Assembly: GCF_030532325.1 (NCBI RefSeq)
Contig: NZ_JAUNLS010000004.1
Coordinates: 19,902-83,901, forward strand
Direction: 5' to 3'
DNA from: Corynebacterium sp.
GTDB lineage: Bacteria > Actinomycetota > Actinomycetes > Mycobacteriales > Mycobacteriaceae
DNA length: 64,000 bases
Part shown: positions 19,152 through 27,238 of the stretch, in pieces
How the letters are laid out: each line of letters starts with the position of its first letter
Position numbering within the stretch: the first letter of the stretch is position 1
The notes under the pieces: generated by a model
Database searches by the model: none
What the model saw: only the letters and a program-made list of their open reading frames with translations
What the model was told of the DNA's origin: nothing
Translations under genes and position numbers: made by a program

Positions 19152-21209
19152 CTAGGCGGCAGCTGTGCCAGCCGGAGCCTGCGCGCGGGCGGCTGCTTCC
19201 TCCACCGTGGTGTTGGGCCAGAACTGCTTCATCGCGATGACGGCCGCGGCCGAGACCACCACGCCTGCGGCGATGGCCACGATGTAGCCCCAGATCGGGT
19301 CGATGGCAAAGAAGACAAAGATGCCGCCGTGCGGGGCGCGGGAGCCCACGCCGAGCGCCATGGAGATAGCGCCGGTGACGGCGCCGCCAGCCATCATGGA
19401 GGGGATGACGCGCAACGGATCCGCGGCGGCGAAGGGGATAGCACCCTCGGAGACGAAGGACAGGCCCAGCAGCCAGGCAGACTTGCCGTTTTCCTGCTCC
19501 GCCGGGGTAAACAGGTTCTTGCGCAGGAAGGTGGCAATGGACAGCGCAATCGGCGGGACCATGCCGGAGGCCATGACCGCGGCCATGATGTGCATGGAAG
19601 CTTCGTCGCCGGTGGATAGCCCCGCGGTGGCAAAGAGGTAGGCGGCCTTGTTCACCGGGCCACCCAGATCGAAGCACATCATGAGGCCGAGGATGATGCC
19701 CAGCAGCACGGCCGAGGAGCCGGACATGGAGGACAGCCAGTTCTGCAGCCCCTCCATGAGGGCGGCCAGCGGCGCGCCGAGCAGCAGGTACATGAGCAGG
19801 CCGGTAATCAGGGAGGCGAGCAGCGGGATGATCACTACGGGCATGAGCGAGCCAATCCAGCGCGGGACCTTCCATTTGCCAATCCACATCGCCACCAGGC
19901 CCGCGATGAGGCCGGTGACCAGGCCGCCGATGAAGCCGGCGCCGACGCTCACGGCAATGGCACCGCCGGCAAAGCCCGGCGCGATGCCTGGGCGCCCAGC
20001 CAGGGCGAAAGCGATGTAGCCGGAGAGCGCGGCGACGATGAAGCCCATGGCGGCTTGGCCGATGGCGAAGAGCACCGCGCCGATGTAGAGCAGGAAGCCG
20101 GAACGCTCGAAGGTCATGAGCTCGCCGTCGACATCGACCTGGTTGCCCGGAAGGTTGCTCAGGGAGTGGTTGGAGACGATTGCTTCCCAGCCGTTGGCCA
20201 TGTCGTATCCGCCGAAGAGGAAGCCCAGGGCCAGCAGCAGGCCGCCGGCGGCGACGAAGGGAACCATGTAGGACACGCCGGTCATGATGGCCTGCTGGAT
20301 GCGCTTGCCCCAGCTCAGCCCGTGGCCCTCGGAGTCGGAGACGTCGCTTGACGACGCCGCTCCTGCCGCGCCCTCGACCGTGCGGGCCTGGGGGTTGTGG
20401 GCGGCGGCGATGGCCTCGTCGAGCATGGCGTTCGGCTCGTTGATGGCGCGCTTGACGCCGGATTCGATAACCGGCTTGCCGGAGAAGCGTTCGCGGTCGC
20501 GCACACCGACGTCGGTGGCGAAGATGACGGCGTCAGCATCCGCGATGGTGGCGGAATCAAGGGACTCGTTGTTGGAGGAGCCCTGGGTCTCCACGGTGAG
20601 CGAGACGTCCGTGCGCTCGCCGGCGGCCTGGGTGAGGGCGTCGGCAGCCATGTAGGTGTGGGCGATGCTGGTGGGGCAGGCCGTGACCGCGACGATGGAC
20701 ACGGGTGCGGCGTGCTCGGCGGAAGGCTTTGTGGCTTGGGTGCTGCTCTTCTTCTCCGCGGTGACCACGCCGAGAACTTGCTCGACTATCTCCTCGGCGC
20801 TGTCTGCTGTGCGCAGAGCCTCGAGGAAGTCCTTGCGCACCAACGCGCGGGCGAGCTTGGAGAGGATCTTCAGGTGGGCCTTGCCGCCGTCGGCAGGTGC
20901 GGCGATGAGAAAGACCAGCTCGGCATCGCCGTCGGGGCCGGAGAAGTCGACGCCGCGCGACAGGCGCGCAAACGCCAGGGTGGGTTCGCTTACTGCTGCG
21001 GAGCGGCAGTGCGGGATGGCGACGTTGCCGGGCACGCCGGTGCCTGCTTTGGCCTCGCGCTCAATGGCGGGCTGGGCTAGGCCGTCGACGGAGTCCGCGC
21101 GGCCGGCGGCGTGTACCAGGCCGGCCAGTTGGGTGATGACAGACTCGGTGCTTGCGCCAAAGTCGGCGTCAAGCGTCACCAGGTCTGTGGTGATGAGTGG
21201 GGATGCCAT
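19152..21209 (-). CDS. ptsF: PTS fructose-specific EIIABC component
   Basis: N-terminal EIIA(Fru/Mtl)-type domain (GNVAIPHCRS), EIIB with VAVTACPTSIAHTYMAA, and a C-terminal multi-TM EIIC. Confidence 0.93.
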   Translation of the reverse strand: MASPLITTDLVTLDADFGASTESVITQLAGLVHAAGRADSVDGLAQPAIEREAKAGTGVPGNVAIPHCRSAAVSEPTLAFARLSRGVDFSGPDGDAELVFLIAAPADGGKAHLKILSKLARALVRKDFLEALRTADSAEEIVEQVLGVVTAEKKSSTQATKPSAEHAAPVSIVAVTACPTSIAHTYMAADALTQAAGERTDVSLTVETQGSSNNESLDSATIADADAVIFATDVGVRDRERFSGKPVIESGVKRAINEPNAMLDEAIAAAHNPQARTVEGAAGAASSSDVSDSEGHGLSWGKRIQQAIMTGVSYMVPFVAAGGLLLALGFLFGGYDMANGWEAIVSNHSLSNLPGNQVDVDGELMTFERSGFLLYIGAVLFAIGQAAMGFIVAALSGYIAFALAGRPGIAPGFAGGAIAVSVGAGFIGGLVTGLIAGLVAMWIGKWKVPRWIGSLMPVVIIPLLASLITGLLMYLLLGAPLAALMEGLQNWLSSMSGSSAVLLGIILGLMMCFDLGGPVNKAAYLFATAGLSTGDEASMHIMAAVMASGMVPPIALSIATFLRKNLFTPAEQENGKSAWLLGLSFVSEGAIPFAAADPLRVIPSMMAGGAVTGAISMALGVGSRAPHGGIFVFFAIDPIWGYIVAIAAGVVVSAAAVIAMKQFWPNTTVEEAAARAQAPAGTAAA

Positions 21210-21257
21210 GACATCGAGCTCCTAGATAGAAAGGGTTGAAGAAAGAAGCCGGTAGAC

Positions 21258-21288
21258 GGTGGACGATAAACGGGTGGACGATAAACGG
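21258..21288. repeat. Perfect tandem duplication of 15 bp (GGTGGACGATAAACG x2)
   Basis: Read directly from the sequence. Lies in the 105-bp fruK-ptsF intergenic spacer. Confidence 0.85.
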
Positions 21289-21314
21289 TAGAGCGGGAAG
21301 AAGGGCGGATGCGC

Positions 21315-22277
21315 CTACATCTGGCGCACGCGGGTGGCCTCGGTATGGATTTGCTCCGGGGTGGGAAGCTGCGTGCCCGGCAGGGCGGCAGCAGCGGAGC
21401 CGTAGGCCACGGCGTTGCGCAGAGCCTCGCCGCAGGCGCTGCCGGTGCTGCGCGCCATGATGTAGCCGGCGAGTGCGGAATCGCCCGCGCCCACGGTGGA
21501 GACCACGGCCGTCGGCGGCGGGGTGGCAATCCAGGCCTCATCGGCGGTGACGAGCGCAGCACCTGCGCCGCCCAGGGTGACGAGCACCTCGTTGACGCCG
21601 CGCTGGGCTACCTCGCGGGCGGCTTCCACGACGTTGCTGTAGTCACCGCGCGCGGCTTCCTCCTCGAGGGCGTAGCCGTCCCGGCCGGTCAGCTGGCCCA
21701 GCTCGAAGCCGTTGGGCTTGATGAGATCGGGCGCGGCGGTGGCGAGGTTTTCGCCGAGGGCGACCATGGGGGCGTCGGAGGTGTCCACGGCGATCTTGGT
21801 GTGCGGCGCGGCGGTGCGCAGCTCGCGCACCAGCAGGCAGTACCATTCGGCGGGAACGCCCACCGGCAGGGAGCCGGCGAAGACAATCCACGAGGCCTGC
21901 GGCGCAAGCTCGGTAATGCGATGGGCCAATGCGGCCTGGGCGTCGGGGCTGAGCGTGGGGCCGGGGCCGTTGAGCTTAGTGGTGCGGCCGTCGGGCTCTG
22001 TCAAAGTGGTGTTGATGCGCACGGGGTCAGTCATCGGCACGGCCTCGTAGGGGATGGACGCGATGTCCATGAGGCTAAGGAAGTAATCGCCGTGCGCGGA
22101 GGGTAGTAGGGCCAGGGACTCGGTGCCAGCCAGGGACATCGCGTGGGTGACGTTGACCCCCTTTCCGCCGGCTACCTGGAATGCGCGATCGGCGCGGTGG
22201 ACGGTGCCGGGGTTGATGGTTTCGTGCAAGGTAATGGTGGCGTCGACGCTGGGGTTGGGTGTTACAGAGAGGATCAT
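21315..22277 (-). CDS. fruK: 1-phosphofructokinase (PfkB family)
   Basis: Inner ATG at 22275-22277 (MILSVTPNPSVDATITL...). PfkB signature VGAGDSALAGY. Lies upstream of ptsF. Confidence 0.9.
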   Translation of the reverse strand: MILSVTPNPSVDATITLHETINPGTVHRADRAFQVAGGKGVNVTHAMSLAGTESLALLPSAHGDYFLSLMDIASIPYEAVPMTDPVRINTTLTEPDGRTTKLNGPGPTLSPDAQAALAHRITELAPQASWIVFAGSLPVGVPAEWYCLLVRELRTAAPHTKIAVDTSDAPMVALGENLATAAPDLIKPNGFELGQLTGRDGYALEEEAARGDYSNVVEAAREVAQRGVNEVLVTLGGAGAALVTADEAWIATPPPTAVVSTVGAGDSALAGYIMARSTGSACGEALRNAVAYGSAAAALPGTQLPTPEQIHTEATRVRQM

Positions 22278-22407
22278 CGCTTCTTTAGTTCCCCTTTCGC
22301 GGTGAGCTACGTGCCTGTGTTGAGGTGCGTATATTGAGTTACGTAGAGAAGTCCAACAAGATGAGCAGTGGCCTGCGCTGATGGTCAGTCTATCCGTGCG
22401 GCCTATC

Positions 22408-22423
22408 TGTGCAGATCTGCACA
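22408..22423. promoter_or_regulatory. Perfect 16-bp palindrome TGTGCAGATCTGCACA in the fruK/ptsI divergent region
   Basis: Self-complementary over all 16 nt. Matches the CRP/GlxR consensus TGTGANNTANNTCACA at all specified positions except the symmetric pair 5/12. Confidence 0.45.
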
Positions 22424-22560
22424 AAATGTTGCTTAATGTTGATTCTTGCCCGATTGTGTCCGGAAGTCAATGCATGGGCTGTGGTTTTCATTGCTTTTTC
22501 CGGAAACATGTGATGATCTTGTCAGAGAATAGAACCCACTTCGCGCAAAGGATTTGTGTC

Positions 22561-24246
22561 ATGGACAATGCAACCCCCTCCACAATTAAAGGCACTGGCG
22601 TCGTCGCAGGCGTAGCTTATGCCGAGGCCGTTTGGGTTCGGCCGCGCCCCGAGCTGCCCACCGCTGGTGAGGTCGTCGCCGAAGAACTCCGCGATCAGGA
22701 ATACGACCGCTTTCTTGAAGCCGTAGACGTCGTGGCCTCCCGCCTCGAGCAGCGCGCCGCAGGCGCCGAGGGCCAGGCCGCTGAGGTGCTCAATGCCACC
22801 GCCGGCATGGTCAAGGACCGCGGCTGGCACAAGGCCGTGCGCAAGAACATCCGCGCCGGGCACAACGCCGAGTATGCCACCGTGGGCGCCACCGACAAGT
22901 TTGTCACCATGTTCGAGGCCGCGGGCGGCGTTATGGCTGAGCGCACCACTGACCTCAAGGACGTGCGTGACCGCGTCATCGCCCAGCTGCGTGGCGAGCA
23001 GGAGCCGGGCCTTCCCATGGTGGAGGGCGAGGCCGTGCTCTTCGCTGACGATCTCGCCCCGGCGGATACCGCCACCCTGGATACCAACCACATCAAGGCC
23101 CTGGTCACTGAGCTCGGCGGCCCGACCAGCCACACCGCGATTATCGCCCGCCAGCTGGACATCCCGTGCATCGTGGCGGTAGGCCCCAGCATTCGCGGAA
23201 TCGAGCCGGGCACCGTGGTCTTCGTCGACGCCTCCCTAGGCACCGTGAGCCTGGATGCCGATCCGGAGGAATCCCGCACGGCGGTGGAGGACTACCGCGA
23301 GAAGGCAGCCCGCGTGGCGCAGTGGCGCGGCCCAGCGCAGACTAAGGACGGCCACCGCGTGCAGCTGCTGGCCAACGTCGCTGACGGCAACGCAGCCCGC
23401 CTGGCGGCCGATTCTGAGGCTGAGGGCGTTGGCCTTTACCGCACCGAGCTCTCCTTCCTCTCCGCCAGTGAGGAACCCACCGTGGACGAGCAGGCGCGTA
23501 TCTACGCCAAGGTTTTCAAGGCCTTCCCGGAGTCCAAGGTTGTGGTGCGTACCCTCGATGCCGGCTCTGATAAGCCGATTTCCTACGCCACGCTGTCTGA
23601 CGAGGAAAACCCCGCCCTGGGCGTGCGCGGCCTGCGCGTTGCTCGCGACAACGAGGCGCTGCTGACCCGCCAGCTGGACGCTATTGCCCAGGCTAGCGCC
23701 GACCGCGGTGAGGAGGCTCCCACCTGGGTGATGGCGCCGATGGTGGCCACCGCTGTGGAGGCCAAGTGGTTTGCTGAGCTGTGCCGCGAGCGCGGTCTGA
23801 CGGCCGGGGCCATGATTGAGGTGCCTGCCGCGGCGCTCATGGCCGATACCATCATGCCGCACTTGGATTTCGTGTCCATCGGTACCAACGACCTGACCCA
23901 GTACACCATGGCTGCTGACCGCCTGTCCCCGCAGCTGGCTTACCTGACGGATCCGTGGCAGCCGGCCGTGCTGCGCCTCATTCAGCACACCTGCGTGGTG
24001 GGCCGCGACAACAACGTCCCGGTGGGTGTGTGCGGTGAGGCTGCTGCTGACCCGATGCTGGCTTGCGTGCTCACCGGCCTGGGTGTGACGTCGCTCTCGG
24101 CTGCCTCTACCGCAGTCGCGGGTGTGGGCGCTCAGCTGGCGGAAGTAACTTTCGAGCAGTGCGAGAAGATGGCCGAGGCCGCCATCAACGCCGAGAGCCC
24201 GGAGGAGGCCCGCGCAGCCGTGATCGCGCTGCTGGAGACCTTCTAA
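22561..24246 (+). CDS. ptsI: PTS enzyme I
   Basis: Inner ATG at 22561 preceded by AAAGGA. Phospho-His region GGPTSHTAIIARQLDIP and a PEP-utilising C-terminal domain. Confidence 0.95.
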   Translation: MDNATPSTIKGTGVVAGVAYAEAVWVRPRPELPTAGEVVAEELRDQEYDRFLEAVDVVASRLEQRAAGAEGQAAEVLNATAGMVKDRGWHKAVRKNIRAGHNAEYATVGATDKFVTMFEAAGGVMAERTTDLKDVRDRVIAQLRGEQEPGLPMVEGEAVLFADDLAPADTATLDTNHIKALVTELGGPTSHTAIIARQLDIPCIVAVGPSIRGIEPGTVVFVDASLGTVSLDADPEESRTAVEDYREKAARVAQWRGPAQTKDGHRVQLLANVADGNAARLAADSEAEGVGLYRTELSFLSASEEPTVDEQARIYAKVFKAFPESKVVVRTLDAGSDKPISYATLSDEENPALGVRGLRVARDNEALLTRQLDAIAQASADRGEEAPTWVMAPMVATAVEAKWFAELCRERGLTAGAMIEVPAAALMADTIMPHLDFVSIGTNDLTQYTMAADRLSPQLAYLTDPWQPAVLRLIQHTCVVGRDNNVPVGVCGEAAADPMLACVLTGLGVTSLSAASTAVAGVGAQLAEVTFEQCEKMAEAAINAESPEEARAAVIALLETF

Positions 24247-24301
24247 TGCTGGACTGACTCAGTCCCGGTTCGGCTCAAGTCTGGATTGGCCTGGAGACGC
24301 G

Positions 24302-24330
24302 AAGAGCCCGCCTGTGCGCGGGCTCTTTGT
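24302..24330 (+). terminator. Intrinsic terminator after ptsI
   Basis: Stem AAGAGCCCGC / GCGGGCTCTT (10 bp), 6-nt loop, followed by TTGT. Confidence 0.6.
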
Positions 24331-24388
24331 CCTACCGACGTGGGGCGCGCGGCGCAGGTGGCTGGACACCGGGACGGTGCGGTGGTTT

Positions 24389-24454
24389 GGGGGGAATGGG
24401 GAGCGGCTCGGGGGGTATGGGGAACCGCTGGGCGGGGAAGGGGAACCGCTGGGC
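24389..24454. repeat. Three tandem G-rich 21-22-nt units
   Basis: GGGGAATGGGGAGCGGCTCGG / GGGGTATGGGGAACCGCTGGGC / GGGGAAGGGGAACCGCTGGGC. Lies in the convergent ptsI / DeoR intergenic region. Confidence 0.8.
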
Positions 24455-24525
24455 GCGGGCATACATGCGGTGATGCCCTCAATCGAACTTTCCCGTTTTC
24501 ACTAAGTGGCCAAGAAGCGCGGGTG

Positions 24526-25311
24526 CTACTTCTCGCTGGCGATGATCACCTCGACGTCGCGCTCGCGCAGGGCCTCCACGAAGGACTCGGGGGCCGCGGA
24601 GTCGGTGATGACCACATCGATGTCGGCAAGCGAGGCGAAGCTGACCAGGTAGTCGTTGCCCAGCTTGGAAGAATCGCACAGCACCACCACCTTGTGCGCG
24701 TTGGTGACAAAGGCCGACTTGATGGCCGCCTCCTGGGAGTCGGCCGTGGAGAGGCCGTGATCCAGCGTGAGGGCGTTGGTGCCGATGAACGCCACATCCG
24801 CGCGCATGAGAGCCATGGTGCGCAGGGCGGTATCGCCCACGACTGCCTGGGTGATAGCGCGGACGGTGCCGCCGAGCAGCTGGACATCCGTCACCCCGTT
24901 ATTGGCTAAGGAGAGCGCGATGGGCAGACTGTTGGACACGATGTTGAACTGGCCGGCGGAGTATTGCTGCCCAATGAGATCGGCCAGCGCGTTGGTGGTG
25001 GTGCCGGCGTCGAGGAAGATGCTGCCGCCGCCTTCCGGTAGCTGGTTGAGCGCGGCGCGCGCGATGGCCATCTTGGCGCCTGTGGCGGAGCGCTGGCGCG
25101 TATCGAGGGTGAACTCAGCGGTTTGGAAAGACTGTGAGGCCACAGCGCCGCCATGCACGCGGTGTACAACGCCCTCGCGATCGAGCACGGCTAGATCGCG
25201 GCGAATGGTTTCCGCAGTGACGTCGAAGCGCTCCGAAAGCTCCGTCACGTTCACGCGGCCCTCGACCGCGGTTAGCGAAGCAATCTGCCGACGGCGCTCT
25301 TCTGCGTACAT
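24526..25311 (-). CDS. sugR: DeoR-family sugar regulator (SugR-like by position next to lexA)
   Basis: Second ATG (25309-25311) lies 8-9 nt after GGAGG and gives MYAEERRRQIASLTAVEGRVNVTELSERFDVTAETIRRDLAVLDREG. DeoR HTH plus sugar-phosphate-binding C-terminal domain. Confidence 0.8.
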   Translation of the reverse strand: MYAEERRRQIASLTAVEGRVNVTELSERFDVTAETIRRDLAVLDREGVVHRVHGGAVASQSFQTAEFTLDTRQRSATGAKMAIARAALNQLPEGGGSIFLDAGTTTNALADLIGQQYSAGQFNIVSNSLPIALSLANNGVTDVQLLGGTVRAITQAVVGDTALRTMALMRADVAFIGTNALTLDHGLSTADSQEAAIKSAFVTNAHKVVVLCDSSKLGNDYLVSFASLADIDVVITDSAAPESFVEALRERDVEVIIASEK

Positions 25312-25570
25312 AGTCATTTCCTCCAAAGAAACAGGGGGTATCAGCGCTCGTCCATGCGCGGGGGTAGACCCAGGGAAAGAACGGATAAGCGTGAATGTGT
25401 ATATGTCCCCATTGTCCCATCGGGGAGACACAAATCGGGCGCAATCAAACGATCTCACACACAATAAAAACTTTCCGCGCGCTCGTTTTAATTGCTGTAC
25501 TGCGGATTTGCAAGCAATGTGATGTTCACCGCGATCGGGCTGCGGGCACTGTGAGACACACAACCGGGGG

Positions 25571-25609
25571 TAGAAAACAACAGCGCGCCACCAACAAGGA
25601 GGTGGCGCG
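25571..25609 (-). terminator. Intrinsic terminator after lexA
   Basis: 9-10-bp GC stem (GCGCCACC.../...GGTGGCGC) followed on the minus strand by TGTTGTTTTCT. Confidence 0.65.
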
Positions 25610-25673
25610 TAGGGAAAACTGCAGGGAATACGGAATCCTCTGCTTGGAATCCGGCAGTGAAGGACCGTGGAAA

Positions 25674-26381
25674 TTAGAGCTTGCGGAAGACGGAGATGAC
25701 CTTGCCCATGATCTCTGCGTCATCGCCCTTAATAGGCGAGTAGGCCTCATTGTGGGGCAACAGCCACACACCTGAGGAATCACGGTGGAATTCCTTGACG
25801 GTGGCCTCGTCGCCGTCCAGCAGCGCGGCCACAAATTCGCCCTCTTCCGCGACGGACTGGGAGCGGATGATAACCCAGTCGCCGTTGAGAATGCCTGCGT
25901 CAATCATGGAGTCACCGACCACCTGGAGCATGTACAGATCGCCGTTGCCAACGACATCCTGCGGCATGGGGAAGTAGGTGTCCACGTTTTCCTCGGCGGT
26001 AATGGGCGAGCCGGCAGCGATGCGGCCGACCACCGGGATGTAGGAGACGGTGGAAGCCTCCTCCGGAACCTCCGGATCTTGGTTCTTGGGGCGAGCCTTG
26101 CGGCCCGGCTTCTTGGAGTCGGTGTCCTTGGGCAGGTGGCGCACGTCCACGGCGCGCGGCTTGTTGGGATCGCGGCGCAGGAAGCCCTTTTCTTCCAGCT
26201 GCTTGAGCTGGTAGGCCACGGACGAGGTGGACTGCAGCCCGGCGGCGTCACCGATCTCGCGGATGCTTGGCGGGTAGCCGCGCAGCATGACGGCGTCATG
26301 GATTACTTCAAGGATGCGGCGCTGACGGGGTGATAGGGATGCGACATCGGGGCTGCCATTCGTGGCGGGCTTGCGTGGCAT
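25674..26381 (-). CDS. lexA: SOS repressor LexA
   Basis: Winged-helix N-terminus (SIREIGDAAGLQSTSSVAYQLKQLEEKG), cleavage region VVGRIAAGSP, and S24 peptidase GDSMIDAGI. Confidence 0.97.
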   Translation of the reverse strand: MPRKPATNGSPDVASLSPRQRRILEVIHDAVMLRGYPPSIREIGDAAGLQSTSSVAYQLKQLEEKGFLRRDPNKPRAVDVRHLPKDTDSKKPGRKARPKNQDPEVPEEASTVSYIPVVGRIAAGSPITAEENVDTYFPMPQDVVGNGDLYMLQVVGDSMIDAGILNGDWVIIRSQSVAEEGEFVAALLDGDEATVKEFHRDSSGVWLLPHNEAYSPIKGDDAEIMGKVISVFRKL

Positions 26382-26430
26382 GGGGCCTCCTGTGGGCGAA
26401 ACTACGGAACACTTCCATTCTTAGCATGAA

Positions 26431-26446
26431 AAGAAAAACTGTTCGA
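26431..26446. promoter_or_regulatory. Candidate SOS box (lexA-proximal)
   Basis: AAGAAAAACTGTTCGA matches 12 of 14 specified positions of TCGAA(A/C)ANNTGTTCGA. Lies about 50 bp upstream of the lexA start. Confidence 0.5.
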
Positions 26447-26474
26447 GAGATTCTGCGTATCTGTGGACAAATTT

Positions 26475-26490
26475 TCGAAACGGTGTTATA
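26475..26490. promoter_or_regulatory. Candidate SOS box (central)
   Basis: TCGAAACGGTGTTATA has a perfect left half and 11 of 14 specified positions overall. Confidence 0.4.
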
Positions 26491-26510
26491 AATCGAACAT
26501 ACCAACTAAA

Positions 26511-26526
26511 TCGAACGAGTGGTCGA
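26511..26526. promoter_or_regulatory. Candidate SOS box (divS-proximal)
   Basis: TCGAACGAGTGGTCGA matches 12 of 14 specified positions. It also fits the mycobacterial TCGAAC-N4-GTTCGA with one mismatch. An overlapping TGTTCGA half-site lies at 26533-26539. Confidence 0.5.
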
Positions 26527-26634
26527 GTGTTCTGTTCGAGTGTGTCGCCGGTCCATTTTAGGATGCGGATAGCCGCTGAAGAACATGCGCCTCACCATGT
26601 CGCCAACAAATCATTGACTGAAAGGAGCCCTGTC

Positions 26635-27045
26635 GTGGCTATCGCTCTGAACTCCACTGATTTTCGTTCTTCCTCCGTTTCCCGTCAGGGTGCCGGGCGT
26701 GCCCGCGTTGTCCCGCCGGCGGCCGTGTGGGAGCCTTCCGCTCGGGCTCCGCGTGCTCACCGCCCTGGGGTAGTAGTGCCTGGTGTTCGAACTCTACGTG
26801 ATGTGAATCGAACGGATGCGCATACGCTGCCGCAGGCCGATTCCGGCTATCCATGGCGCGCGGAGCGTTCTTCGGGTGGTGGTTCTCAGTCGGCCCGGCG
26901 CTCGAACACGTCGAACTACCTCCTGGGCGCAGTCTTTGGCGCAGCCGTCTTCCTTGGCACCGTTTTCACCGGGCTGAGCGCGGATGAGGAAGCCCCGGTG
27001 GCGCCGAGCTCCGATGCGGTGACCGTGGCCAGCACTGCGTACTAG
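26635..27045 (+). CDS. DivS/ChiZ-position small membrane-anchored protein (candidate SOS-induced division inhibitor)
   Basis: GTG at 26635 lies 6 nt after GAAAGGAG. The gene is divergent from lexA and upstream of nrdR, as for divS in C. glutamicum and chiZ in M. tuberculosis. It has a Ser/Arg/Pro-rich N-terminus and one TM helix (YLLGAVFGAAVFLGTVFTGL). The call rests on position only. Confidence 0.5.
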   Translation: MAIALNSTDFRSSSVSRQGAGRARVVPPAAVWEPSARAPRAHRPGVVVPGVRTLRDVNRTDAHTLPQADSGYPWRAERSSGGGSQSARRSNTSNYLLGAVFGAAVFLGTVFTGLSADEEAPVAPSSDAVTVASTAY

Positions 27046-27238
27046 TCAGGTGCTAGCCAGGTACTACACGCCTGGCCGCGCGGCCCTAAAACCCGGGCGC
27101 TGGGGCATTCAGCGCTCGGTATAACTCAATATCGCCTCTTCAATAATGGGCAGTACACTGTTGGTGTTGATCGCCGCGCCTTGCGCCTCACGATCTTCCC
27201 CTGTGGGGCGCGGATGACGCAAAGAAAGGACCCGAACG

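Noticed and set aside
24389-24454. Possible CRISPR-like array because of regularly repeated ~21-nt units
   Set aside because: The units are directly adjacent with no spacers, there are only three copies, and they are G-tract low complexity. No cas genes are in the window.
24259-24505. Small ORFs across the G-rich repeat (63-aa GGNGERLGG... on the + strand, 67-aa PSGSPSPP... on the - strand)
   Set aside because: Their repetitive peptide sequences are a by-product of the DNA repeat. There is no RBS, and they lie between two convergent gene ends.
25395-25775. 126-aa ORF in the sugR-lexA spacer running antisense into lexA
   Set aside because: It crosses the lexA terminator and the lexA 3' end on the wrong strand. 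It is Cys/Arg-rich with no recognisable domain.
26493-26508. Fourth SOS box TCGAACATACCAACTA
   Set aside because: Only the left half-site matches and the right half is unrelated to TGTTCGA. It probably acts, at most, as an auxiliary half-site.
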